Below are positions 37,949 through 47,258 of a DNA stretch of 64,000 nucleotides, piece after piece. The position numbers and the translations under genes were made by a program. This stretch comes from an uncultured delta proteobacterium (lineage in GTDB: Bacteria; Desulfobacterota; Desulfuromonadia; Geobacterales; DSM-12255), in NCBI GenBank assembly GCA_963787125.1, contig CAWBBV010000007.1:448001-512000 (forward strand), written 5' to 3'. How positions within the stretch are numbered: position 1 is the first letter of the stretch; each line of letters begins with the position of its first letter. The notes under the pieces are model-generated. The model saw only the letters and a list, made by a program, of their open reading frames with translations. It did no database searches and was not told the origin of the DNA.

Positions 37949-39383
37949 AAAGGATATTTTTCAATTTTAGCTCCGGCATAAAGACAAAGAAAAGATATTT
38001 CATCCGAAACGTGGCAATTGGTCTATAAAGATCAATCAAGAACTTAAGCATTGGGGATTCAACCATATCCTTGGAGCGATGACTATCCAGAAACATTGAG
38101 GTGAAAAACAGCCTGACCAAAAACTTCTTCTTTTTACCGGACACCCAGATATTGTCGCCATAATCAGTCTGCTGCCATTCTTCCAGGGTGTTTTTAGGAA
38201 TGAAGCCTTGGCGGAGAGCTTTGTCATAAAGCGCTGTCCCGGGATATGGTGTAAATGGGCACAATGGTGAAACCAAGGCATTGTGATTGTCATCGATTAG
38301 CTGGAAAACCAGATTTTTGGTCAGCCGGATATCAGCCATGGTTTCTTCCGGAAACCCGCACATGAAGTTGTACTGGATTACAATGTCATATTTTCGCCAG
38401 ATCCGGTTGATCTTGATGACATCTTCTATCCGCACCCGTTTATTTATCAGTTTCAGGATCTTCTCAGAACCGGACTCAACGCCGAAGTGTACTTTCTTCA
38501 TCCCGCTTGCTGCAAATAGTTCCAGATCAGCGTCATTCATCTTCAAGGCAGATTCGATGCATAACCCTTGGACTTCATAAATAATGTCCAGTCTGGCAGC
38601 AATGATGCCTGCGGCGATTTTTCTGGCTCTGCCTAAATCGACAAAGAAGTTGTCGTCGATTATGTTAAGGCTGCTGATTTTATAGTCGGAGGCAAGACGC
38701 TTCAGCTCTTCGAGCACTCGCTCTGCAGAGAATGCCCGCCACTTATTACAGTTGTAGGCTGCGTTATAACAAAAGTTGCACTGATTTGGGCAGCCGCGGG
38801 ATGTTTCCAGGGACATTGTTCGGCGATTTCTGAAAATTGGGAGGTACTTGTTGAGGTCAATCAGGTCTAAAGGCAGCCGCGGCAATGAGTCGAGGTTGGT
38901 GAAAGGCCTTGGTGGATTGCTGAAAACATGGTGTCCATCTTTATAATAAATCCCTTCAATTTCTTCCAAGCCTGTTTTATAGGTCAGCGCCCTGACCAGT
39001 TGCAAAAATGTCAGTTCCCCTTCGCCGACAACAACTATATCGATATTTTCATTTTCCACTGTGGATTCCGGCAGCAGACTCGCATGTATTCCGCCCAAAA
39101 CAACCGGTACAGCGGAAACACGCTTTACGTGGCGGGCAATTTCAAGGGCATAACCAATCTGTCTGCCGGTCATAGAGGTAATGCCTACGCATACAGGGTT
39201 TTTTCCAAGCTCTTCGGTTAATCTGTCCTTCCATAATTTGTCGGTACGAGTATCAATCAGAACCGTATCGAATTCAGGGCTTAGGAGCCTGCAGGCTGCA
39301 AGAATCCCTAATGGCACCGAAGGGTGTGACCTGACCTTGTCCCAATCACCTACCTTTGGTTGCACCATTACAACACTCGACAC
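37935..39383 (-). CDS. B12-binding-domain radical SAM protein
   Basis: GGIHAS, VGEGE, SRGCPNQCNFC, IDDNF, GVESGS, GFPEET, PYPGT. Confidence 0.93.
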   Translation of the reverse strand: MSSVVMVQPKVGDWDKVRSHPSVPLGILAACRLLSPEFDTVLIDTRTDKLWKDRLTEELGKNPVCVGITSMTGRQIGYALEIARHVKRVSAVPVVLGGIHASLLPESTVENENIDIVVVGEGELTFLQLVRALTYKTGLEEIEGIYYKDGHHVFSNPPRPFTNLDSLPRLPLDLIDLNKYLPIFRNRRTMSLETSRGCPNQCNFCYNAAYNCNKWRAFSAERVLEELKRLASDYKISSLNIIDDNFFVDLGRARKIAAGIIAARLDIIYEVQGLCIESALKMNDADLELFAASGMKKVHFGVESGSEKILKLINKRVRIEDVIKINRIWRKYDIVIQYNFMCGFPEETMADIRLTKNLVFQLIDDNHNALVSPLCPFTPYPGTALYDKALRQGFIPKNTLEEWQQTDYGDNIWVSGKKKKFLVRLFFTSMFLDSHRSKDMVESPMLKFLIDLYRPIATFRMKYLFFVFMPELKLKNILFGKR

Positions 39384-39443
39384 TATATTAAACCCCCGTC
39401 ACTGCAATTTCTGCAGAGAACAAAACCCTTTGAATAGCCAAAC

Positions 39444-41312
39444 TTAATTCTCTTTATTCGACGGCAGCAGATAATACAAGAACTTGTTGCCAACCGTTAT
39501 GATTAACCGGATATCAGTATTGTCTGCTGAGAAGCTTTTGTAAAATGGGCTACGCGAAAGATAAAGTTTATTGACTGAGCCACCTTCAAGGGAAACTGTA
39601 CGAATATTATAATTGTAAAGTCGTTGTCTTATCTCTTCCAGCGAGAAATTTGAATCGAAAACAAACTTTACTTCAGGACTCCAGATCATTACCGGCCTGA
39701 ATCGTGTTTCTCGTTGCAGAATTGTTGCCAGATACGTGTTATCGGTCAGTACGCCTGTTGCAGGCAGATCTGATTGCTGTAGCTTGTCCGCAAGTTCTTG
39801 CATGCCAGCGCAAAACTCAGGGGCCCCGCTATGAGCATAGGTTATTGCAGAGCGAAATTCATCGGGTGAGAAAGGATGCGATAACGAAAAAACAGCGGCG
39901 TATCCGGTACAGAGGAGCATGGTCGCCAGTAAAGCTGTTTTGAGAAAAGAGTCGAGCTTCCCTGTGTATGTGAATAGATGATTGCCCGCTACGCCGACTA
40001 AAACTGACAAAGGTATGATTGCCGGTGCAAAGACGCGGATACTGAATATGCTGCCACCGGATGTCTGGCTGATTGAACTCAGCCACAAAAGTACGATCAG
40101 GAAAAATGTTAGCAGCAACGGGGTATATTCTCGCCAGCGAGAGAAGCCGAATGGCACGCCAATAAAGAGGCCTATCGGTGCTCCGAACAGTAATCCTTTT
40201 ACGAGGCTACTCAATTCGGAAATGTCGAGATCCGATAGCGAACGGAATTCCTTGTACGATTCCATGATGGCCGCATGAATTGAATTAACCGGGAAAATGC
40301 CCAAAATCACGTGTGAATATAGCGGGTTGCCGGTTAAGAACCAGTTCCGCAGGTACCAAGGTATTGATAAGGTCACTGTCATGGCGATAAAAAAAGGCAG
40401 ATACTTTCGAGTTGGAGTGTGCCAGATGAGCACAAAAAATCCTGTCAATGCCAATGCGAGCCCGTAGTCTCTTGCCAGCGCTCCCAGAGTTGCAAAAAGG
40501 GCTGTGGCAAAAACCGATGAAATGCGCGGGTTACGTACAGTTGCCCAGCCGAAACAGAGTTGCCCGGCTAACGATAAAGTGATGAAACCAGTTTCCTGCC
40601 CGATAGCGAAGCCATAAATGAGCAGTGTTGAAGATAAAAATGCTAACAGTGAGAAGTACGCTGCCCGCAGACATGAGAGTTCGCGAGTTGCGTATGCTGT
40701 AAGTGCAAGGGCAGATACTAGTTGAAACAGTACTGACGCGGATGTCGCCTGCGCTAAGGGGGTGCCAATCGTTGCGTAGATCCACCAGTAAACGGCAGAA
40801 ACGAGCGGAGGTATTCCATCTGTAAATGGATAAATTGCATAGTCGTTTGCCGTGACCGGCGGGTAAAAGCTGAGAGACTCATGAAGCAGGATGTCGCGAG
40901 CCAATGCATCCCAGCGCCAAAATGTATCATAGCCGCTCAGCGGGTAGAGCGTTGTCCGGAATGTGACGGCAACGATAATAACCAGAGCAATACAAAGGCA
41001 TGCTTTTATGATCAAGGGTGAGAGGTTCGCTTCCTCACACCTTTGAGGTGCGTCAGGAAGCTTGGGGTGGCCCAGTACATTTAGTGAGGAGATTAGCGTT
41101 GTCCAGGCGATCAGTGCAATTGCCATATTGCTGAATCGTATTGGTATCCCAGTGGACGAGAAGAGAATGACGGACTCTACCAGTATCAGTGCTGATAAGG
41201 GGAATGACGCCGCCCAGCTGTGACTGAGCCTGAGTCTGAGCAGCCGTGCCAGGGCATAGCCAGGAAAAATGAGTCCTAACAATCCGATTGAATACTTCAA
41301 GAATATGATCAT
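39444..41312 (-). CDS. ArnT/PMT-like GT-C membrane glycosyltransferase
   Basis: YPLSGYD, GIPPL, LARDYG, PWYLRNWFLTGNPLY; many TM segments. Confidence 0.75.
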   Translation of the reverse strand: MIIFLKYSIGLLGLIFPGYALARLLRLRLSHSWAASFPLSALILVESVILFSSTGIPIRFSNMAIALIAWTTLISSLNVLGHPKLPDAPQRCEEANLSPLIIKACLCIALVIIVAVTFRTTLYPLSGYDTFWRWDALARDILLHESLSFYPPVTANDYAIYPFTDGIPPLVSAVYWWIYATIGTPLAQATSASVLFQLVSALALTAYATRELSCLRAAYFSLLAFLSSTLLIYGFAIGQETGFITLSLAGQLCFGWATVRNPRISSVFATALFATLGALARDYGLALALTGFFVLIWHTPTRKYLPFFIAMTVTLSIPWYLRNWFLTGNPLYSHVILGIFPVNSIHAAIMESYKEFRSLSDLDISELSSLVKGLLFGAPIGLFIGVPFGFSRWREYTPLLLTFFLIVLLWLSSISQTSGGSIFSIRVFAPAIIPLSVLVGVAGNHLFTYTGKLDSFLKTALLATMLLCTGYAAVFSLSHPFSPDEFRSAITYAHSGAPEFCAGMQELADKLQQSDLPATGVLTDNTYLATILQRETRFRPVMIWSPEVKFVFDSNFSLEEIRQRLYNYNIRTVSLEGGSVNKLYLSRSPFYKSFSADNTDIRLIITVGNKFLYYLLPSNKEN

Positions 41313-41420
41313 GGTAGTTTTAATTGATGCTGTTCAGGCTGTTTAAAATAAGAACGAAACTAAAAAAAACTGCCAAAGTTATCTGTTGAAAAGGCTTGCA
41401 CTATAGTCCTTTATATAACC

Positions 41421-42425
41421 TTATCGCTTGACTGTTGCCGTAGTAACAGATAACAACCATGATTCCAGAAGGTTAATCTCCAGCTTGTCAATTAGTCCGC
41501 TACAGACAAACGCTTCATAGCATTTCACCAGCCCATCCGGGATCTGTTCAATCCCTGACTTTATATCGAGAGAGTCCAGCTTTTCACAGATGTCGGCATT
41601 GCCCAGATAGCCGGAAATCTCATCTCTGAAGTCAGTCATCAGGTTATGGGGATTCCTTTCCTGAAAGGCAGTTGCTGAGTGAAAGAGAATATCCCAGCCG
41701 TTGGCAGCGCAGATTCTCGCGGCAACAAAACTTCGCCAGATATCGGTCATTCTGAAGCTGCAGGTTGAGGGGAGGTAAAGAAGTGGAAACGCGTCTTTGA
41801 ACCAGGTGGTATTCTGGCTGTTAAAGGGCGCTTTTGCTCCCGGAGCCAGAGCCAGTGGCAGTTCCGGTCGAAACGTTATCGGCAGGGTTCTCGTAAGCCT
41901 GTAGATAGCGTCTACATCCGGGTTGCCGTCAGTAAGCCCCTGCTGTATCGGTGCCAGCGACCCAGTTGCGGCCTCTGCAGTTGGCGGGCTGGTTTTTATC
42001 TCCTCCAGTGGAAATCCTCTCGGCCAGATATTCTCTTCAGTAAAGTAGCGGTAGGGATTTACCCAGCCTTTTGCCTGGATTCTTCTGGCCGTTTGCAGTC
42101 TGCAACGCTCTTCCCAGAAACCGCTCAAAGGCAGGTTGTCGTCATCGGTTTCGATGATGGCCTCCGCGCCAAGCTCCATGGCAATCAGGTAGCCGAGGTT
42201 TTTTCTGGAGTAGTGCCCTTCCGGCAGAGTCTGCGCAATCGTGAAGCCGCTTGCCAGCTGCCTCTCCAGGCTCCAGTAGTCGCACCCCTCCAGCTGAAAG
42301 TCAGCCGGAGATTTTCTGTCACCGATGACGATGAAGTCGATGTTGTGTGTCTGGCACCCCATTGCGCAGGCGCTCAGAACGTAATTCGGTGCGGAGATTG
42401 ACGTAATGACGAGAGCGGTTTTCAC
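41421..42425 (-). CDS. STELLO (DUF288)-family putative glycosyltransferase
   Basis: VITSI, IGDRKSP, YSRKNLGYL, TDDDN, WPRGFPL, PDVDAIYRL, PFNSQNT, FRMTDIWRS, QERNPH. Confidence 0.88.
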   Translation of the reverse strand: MKTALVITSISAPNYVLSACAMGCQTHNIDFIVIGDRKSPADFQLEGCDYWSLERQLASGFTIAQTLPEGHYSRKNLGYLIAMELGAEAIIETDDDNLPLSGFWEERCRLQTARRIQAKGWVNPYRYFTEENIWPRGFPLEEIKTSPPTAEAATGSLAPIQQGLTDGNPDVDAIYRLTRTLPITFRPELPLALAPGAKAPFNSQNTTWFKDAFPLLYLPSTCSFRMTDIWRSFVAARICAANGWDILFHSATAFQERNPHNLMTDFRDEISGYLGNADICEKLDSLDIKSGIEQIPDGLVKCYEAFVCSGLIDKLEINLLESWLLSVTTATVKR

Positions 42426-42516
42426 GCGATGAGTCCTTTTAGTAAGTTAGAAGTTATTTTCTGCTCTTTTCTGGCAGAAAATAACAGCGTAAACGCACTT
42501 ATCCAGTTTATCCGGG

Positions 42517-43263
42517 CTATTTTATGGCAGCGGGGTTCCCCGAAATTCTCAGGGCAACGTAGTGCAGTAAAACCTTGATAGCGTTAACAATAGCCCCTTT
42601 AGACACCCGCGGCGAAGGCGCACGATAGGTAATCGCCAGCTCGGCATACTTTTCATTTCTGAGCAGATAGCGCAGCTCTGTCTGATAAAAATGAGCAGTG
42701 GAGAGTAACTTATAATTGATGATCCGCGCAACAATATCCGTATGAAACCCTTGAAATCCTGAGGTCATGTCGGACAGATGCGTGCCAAGGAGCAGGTTTG
42801 ACACCAGTGTGCCGCCGCGGGAGAGGAGTTTCCTTCTCAGCGGCGAATCCAAAATTTCCCCGCCGGGAATGAAGCGATTGCCGAATACACAGCTGTAACC
42901 ATTTGCCAGTTCTGCCAGAAATAGCGGGATTGCCCGGGGATTATGGGACAGTCCTGCATCCATCTCAATAATGTACTCATGGCCTTCCCGGTGAGCCTCG
43001 GCGAACCCCTTAAGGTAGGCATCTATTACGTTTCTGTTTTCCGGGGCGAAGATGGTCTTGAAGCGCGGATCTTCGGCTGACAGCGCCCAACAAAGCTCAA
43101 GCGTTCCGTCGCTGGAGACGTTGTCTATTACAAGATAAACGGAGCCGCAGCCTAGACTGTCCAAGACAGCGGCAAGCTCCCTTATGAACGGCTCGAATTC
43201 GTGCTCTTCGTTGGCCATCGGGATGACAACGGCAAAGTTAATTTTTCCATGTATCACCGACAT
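42517..43263 (-). CDS. GT2 polyprenol-phosphate sugar synthase-like glycosyltransferase
   Basis: VVIPMANE, EMDAGLSH, GNRFIPGG, DMTSGFQ, YQTEL. Confidence 0.88.
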   Translation of the reverse strand: MSVIHGKINFAVVIPMANEEHEFEPFIRELAAVLDSLGCGSVYLVIDNVSSDGTLELCWALSAEDPRFKTIFAPENRNVIDAYLKGFAEAHREGHEYIIEMDAGLSHNPRAIPLFLAELANGYSCVFGNRFIPGGEILDSPLRRKLLSRGGTLVSNLLLGTHLSDMTSGFQGFHTDIVARIINYKLLSTAHFYQTELRYLLRNEKYAELAITYRAPSPRVSKGAIVNAIKVLLHYVALRISGNPAAIK

Positions 43264-43271
43264 ATGGGCGG

Positions 43272-43682
43272 TTACGGTTCCTTCCGGTTGATCTTTTTCA
43301 GTCGGGCAATATGTTTTTTATCAAAGGAGTAAAGCTCGGTAATTCCCTGTTTCTCCATCACCGCTGCAATGTATCCGTCAATAAAATCGATATTGAGGGA
43401 CTCGTACAGCTCCAGAGCTCGTGAAACCAGGGCACCGTTAATGACCTCAAGACCGGGGGTCGCCAGAATCCCTCGGACTAGCGGGGCAATTTTAGTGCAC
43501 GTCAGCTTATAGGACGACTCCAGCACCCAGACCATCTCAGCAATAACCATTTCGGTTGTAATCAGAAGGGTTTCACCTGCGGCAGCAGAGTCAAGCAGTT
43601 TTTCCACGCGGTCAGCTTTGTTTGAGTCATCGTTGGTGAGGTAGCGGATGAAAAGATTTGTGTCTATGAAGCATTTGTTCAT
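43272..43682 (-). CDS. vapC: PIN-domain toxin (VapC family)
   Basis: FIDTNLFIRYL, IAEMVWVL, DFIDGY, YSFDK; ATG overlaps the antitoxin TGA. Confidence 0.9.
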   Translation of the reverse strand: MNKCFIDTNLFIRYLTNDDSNKADRVEKLLDSAAAGETLLITTEMVIAEMVWVLESSYKLTCTKIAPLVRGILATPGLEVINGALVSRALELYESLNIDFIDGYIAAVMEKQGITELYSFDKKHIARLKKINRKEP

Positions 43683-43927
43683 CAGAGCTCCTCTGCCACC
43701 CGCCTGGCAACTGCTTTTTTGGCACGTTTGCGTTCCTCTGTGAATCCTCCACCAGTGGCGGCGCACTGAACAGTCCCGCGCAACTCCTTTAGTGTTTTCA
43801 CCGGAACAAGTACGGCCCGCCCACCTTCAATCATGAAATCGACTTTGTCATTGGTTCTGATGTTGAGCAGAGAGCGAATCTCTTTCGGGATTGTAATCTG
43901 TCCTTTTGATGTAACGGTGGAAAGCAT
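43682..43927 (-). CDS. vapB: AbrB/MazE/SpoVT-family antitoxin
   Basis: STVTSKGQITIPKEIR; GGAGG RBS. Confidence 0.9.
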   Translation of the reverse strand: MLSTVTSKGQITIPKEIRSLLNIRTNDKVDFMIEGGRAVLVPVKTLKELRGTVQCAATGGGFTEERKRAKKAVARRVAEEL

Positions 43928-43950
43928 GATTCTTACCTCCAACAATATTT

Positions 43951-43988
43951 CTTACTATTAAGTATAAGTCGTAATTTATGTGAGTCAA
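43951..43988 (-). promoter_or_regulatory. vapBC promoter with probable autoregulatory inverted repeat
   Basis: Minus strand TTGACT-16 nt-TATACT; CTTA...TAAG / TTAC...GTAA imperfect palindrome overlapping the -10. Confidence 0.5.
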
Positions 43989-44018
43989 TGAAAAGAATGC
44001 TTAGGTAAGATTCGTATG

Positions 44019-45527
44019 TCACTCCCTGAAGCTCTTTGAATAGCGGCTGTAGAGCCAGTGCTCCAGCAAAAGAGCAGTGAGGCCGTAGCGGTATCTTAAG
44101 ATAGCAATCGGTCGGTATACCAGTGAAGACGCTCTCAGGAGCAGATCTTTGAGCTTGCTTCCGGTTGAGAGCGTAAAGAACTTCCTGTCGATGAAATAGG
44201 CTGCTACCTGCATCATGTTGACGGTTGCGGAAAATTGCGGCGTGTACCAAGGGGGGGTAAAGTCTCCTTCAACTTCTACTTCTCCCCATCTGTCCTGACT
44301 CTGGGGTGGTGAGTAGCCGAGGCTGACGGCGCTTTCGTAGAGCTCTGTCCCCGGCAGGGGGCGATATTTGTTCGGCGGAAAGATGATGGCCCCACGGTTT
44401 TCTGCAACTATCTGCAGCACCAGAGCGCGGGTCTCTGCCAGCTCTGCCAGCTTCTCTCCGGGAAGACCGATGATCCAGTTGTAGGCAGCTTTTATCTCAG
44501 GGTGTCCGGCGAGTTTGCGGTTTACCGCGATAATATCAGCGACGGTGATATTTTTTTTCATCAGGTCAAGCATTCTTGGCGAACCGGATTCAGCCCCGAT
44601 ATGAAGGATGTCTGTGCCAGCCTTGGCGAGTTTTGCCAGATAGTTGTCAGGCATCCGCATGATTTCGTCAATTCTTGCACCGCGAAAGCCGAGCTTGACC
44701 TGTAATCCTCGCGCAGCTATGGCGTCGATGATCGCTTCTACGTGGGAGAGGTCGACAAAAGAATCGTCATCAATAAAGTAAATGTAGTTCGCTTGATAGC
44801 GCTCGACGAGAAATTCGATATGATCGGCGACTTCAGCCACTGGCAGCAGTTCGTATTTTTTCGGGATATCGCGATAGAGCCGGGGTGATGAGCAGAAGGT
44901 GCAACCGTAGGGGCAGCCGAGGGTACTGTAGAGCGGGAAGATCCGGTCGCTCCGGTCAAGCTGGCCGTACTGGGCCATGAAAGGTTCAACCAGACGGTAC
45001 GGGATATCGCGGAAATCGTGATGTTCAAAGAGCGGTTCAGGCGGACTGCTGATAATCGCCGAGTCAACTGGCTTACGGAAGGAAAGCCCTCTTATGTCAG
45101 CAAGAGCCGGGGTTGAGTTGGCGAGAGAAGCGGCAAGCCGTGCCAGGGGCTTTGAGCCGTAACCGCTGATTACGAAGTCAACACTGCTTTCAGAGAGGAT
45201 CTCCTCCGGGTTAAAGCCGGCATGGGGGCCACCCCAGACTGTCGGCAGTGCAGGCTCAGTCGCCTTTAGCCAGCGGGATATTTTCAGCGCACTGGATACA
45301 GGTGTGCCGCTGATGACGCTGACACCGGCAAGAATGGTCTCAGGGGTAATCCTGGCGCGGATTTCTGCCTGCCATGAGTCCGGACAGAGCCGTACATCAA
45401 CAATGTCGACGGCAAAACCGGCCTTGAGCGAGTCAACCGCCGCATAAAGGAGACTCAACGGGAGATGGCGCACGTAAGCGCCCGACAGCCCCATCTCCGG
45501 ATAAATTAGTAGTATACGCTTTTGCAT
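44019..45527 (-). CDS. B12-binding-domain radical SAM protein
   Basis: PLS, WGGPHA, LGCPYGCTFC, IDDDSF, GAESGS, IGLPGE, PLPGT. Confidence 0.93.
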   Translation of the reverse strand: MQKRILLIYPEMGLSGAYVRHLPLSLLYAAVDSLKAGFAVDIVDVRLCPDSWQAEIRARITPETILAGVSVISGTPVSSALKISRWLKATEPALPTVWGGPHAGFNPEEILSESSVDFVISGYGSKPLARLAASLANSTPALADIRGLSFRKPVDSAIISSPPEPLFEHHDFRDIPYRLVEPFMAQYGQLDRSDRIFPLYSTLGCPYGCTFCSSPRLYRDIPKKYELLPVAEVADHIEFLVERYQANYIYFIDDDSFVDLSHVEAIIDAIAARGLQVKLGFRGARIDEIMRMPDNYLAKLAKAGTDILHIGAESGSPRMLDLMKKNITVADIIAVNRKLAGHPEIKAAYNWIIGLPGEKLAELAETRALVLQIVAENRGAIIFPPNKYRPLPGTELYESAVSLGYSPPQSQDRWGEVEVEGDFTPPWYTPQFSATVNMMQVAAYFIDRKFFTLSTGSKLKDLLLRASSLVYRPIAILRYRYGLTALLLEHWLYSRYSKSFRE

Positions 45528-45602
45528 CTCTGATTCAATCCGTTAAGGAAATATGTTACTCTGGTTTATTGATCCGCAGAGTAGCACGAACAGGAACTTC
45601 TT

Positions 45603-47231
45603 ATGAACCTGAATTTTATAGGGAACATTAAACCAAGCAGTAAAAGGTCGCTGCTGCTTACGGCTACCACTGTTTCGCTCATGAGCTTTATTGTCTATAT
45701 CGGCAGTTTTTCCGGTGAATTCCTGAACTATGATGATAAAGCCTATCTCTTTGAAAATCCCGTAATCAAGCAGCTTGACATTGCCACGATCCTCTCGATG
45801 ATTTCCAGTTCCCACGCCGGTTGGTGGATGCCGTTAACCTGGCTTTCTTTTGCCATTGATTATCAGCTCTGGGGTCTGAATCCTTTCGGCTTTCACCTTA
45901 CCAACACCCTCATTCATGCCGCCAACTCTGCCCTTGTAGTTGCCATCGCCTATATGATCCTAAGGCTGCGAGAAGCGAATGGTTTTGTCTCTTCCCGGCT
46001 CTTCTTTGCCGCTGCTGCCGGACTAATATGGAGCTTGCACCCTTTGCGGGTAGAATCTGTTGCCTGGATAGCAGAGCGAAAGGACGTGCTGAACGGATTT
46101 TTATCACTCAGTGCAGTTCTCTTCTACCTGCGCTCTCACCGTGGGGCTGAGTCTGAGAAGCCGATCAAGGCGGATTATTACATCTCCCTGGTGCTTTTCT
46201 CCCTCTCCCTTCTGGCAAAATCCGTCAGTGTGGTTTTACCGCTCGTCCTCCTGGCTATTGATCTTTACCCCCTGAAAAGGCTAAGCCTGGAAACATTTTG
46301 GCAGAGGGTCAGTGAAAAGATCCCATTTTTTGTTCTGTCCGCAGCCATGTTTCTGGGAACTTTCATAACTGCCGCCAGGAGTAATTATCTGGTCAGTTAC
46401 GAGATGTTTCCGTTCGGTCAGCGCCTGGTTGTTTCAGGGAATGCCATCATTGAATATCTTGGGCTCTTGATCCTGCCGACAGGTTTGAGCCCGCTCAATG
46501 TAATTCCTGATCCCATTCCGCTTGCCTACACCTGTAAGGCGATTTTAACCCTGATCCTGCTGGTTGCTTTAGCCTTTAGCCGGAGAAAGTGGCTGCAAAG
46601 CTGCTGCTGCTGCTTTCTCCTGCTGGTTCTCCCCGTGCTGGCTTTTTTTCAGAACGGCGATCAGGCTTTTGCCGACCATTTTACCTATCTTCCTGCTGTT
46701 GCCCCGTCAATAGCCGTGGCAGCAGTTCTGTGGCAGCAATTTGAAAAACTGAAGGGAAGAGGGCGCGGGTTCCTCATAGTAGTGTTGCTTGCGGCATTAG
46801 GGGGTTACTCACTCCTGACTGTGCGGATGTTTACCGTCTGGCGCTCCACAGAGAGTTTCTGGTCAAGGATTGTAGCGGTGCAGCCGATTGCCATCAATTA
46901 CAAGGAGCGGGGGCGAAATTATCATCTGGACGGGCGCTACCGGGAGGCTATAGCGGATTTTTCGGCGGCAATAGAGCTGATTCCGGAATCGCTTTTGCCC
47001 TACAGCTATAATTTCTATGCCTTCAGGGCTGAGTCGCTCCGCTGTGCCGGGGAGTATGCCGCGGCGGTCAGGGATTTCGATACAGCAATTACCGCGCTCC
47101 CCCATCCGGTCTACTTCCATCACCGGGGACTGGCTTTGCAGGCTTTGGGGCGCGTTGACGAGGCGCAAAAAGATTTCAGCATAGGTGGGCAGCTGACAAC
47201 TCCTGTGGTCTGGTTTGACCGGCAACTTTAA
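45603..47231 (+). CDS. TMTC-like membrane glycosyltransferase with TPRs (#3)
   Basis: FLNYDD, HPLRVESVAWIAERKD, ADHFTYLP, TPRs. Confidence 0.88.
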   Translation: MNLNFIGNIKPSSKRSLLLTATTVSLMSFIVYIGSFSGEFLNYDDKAYLFENPVIKQLDIATILSMISSSHAGWWMPLTWLSFAIDYQLWGLNPFGFHLTNTLIHAANSALVVAIAYMILRLREANGFVSSRLFFAAAAGLIWSLHPLRVESVAWIAERKDVLNGFLSLSAVLFYLRSHRGAESEKPIKADYYISLVLFSLSLLAKSVSVVLPLVLLAIDLYPLKRLSLETFWQRVSEKIPFFVLSAAMFLGTFITAARSNYLVSYEMFPFGQRLVVSGNAIIEYLGLLILPTGLSPLNVIPDPIPLAYTCKAILTLILLVALAFSRRKWLQSCCCCFLLLVLPVLAFFQNGDQAFADHFTYLPAVAPSIAVAAVLWQQFEKLKGRGRGFLIVVLLAALGGYSLLTVRMFTVWRSTESFWSRIVAVQPIAINYKERGRNYHLDGRYREAIADFSAAIELIPESLLPYSYNFYAFRAESLRCAGEYAAAVRDFDTAITALPHPVYFHHRGLALQALGRVDEAQKDFSIGGQLTTPVVWFDRQL

Positions 47232-47258
47232 TTCTGCAGTTAGTCAAGAGATAACTCA

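Noticed and set aside
24658..45527. Hopanoid or membrane-spanning lipid biosynthesis cluster (radical SAMs + GT2)
   Set aside because: No squalene-hopene cyclase, hpnCDE or HpnN transporter in the window, and the radical SAMs are paired with GT-C-like genes; not fully excluded without phylogeny
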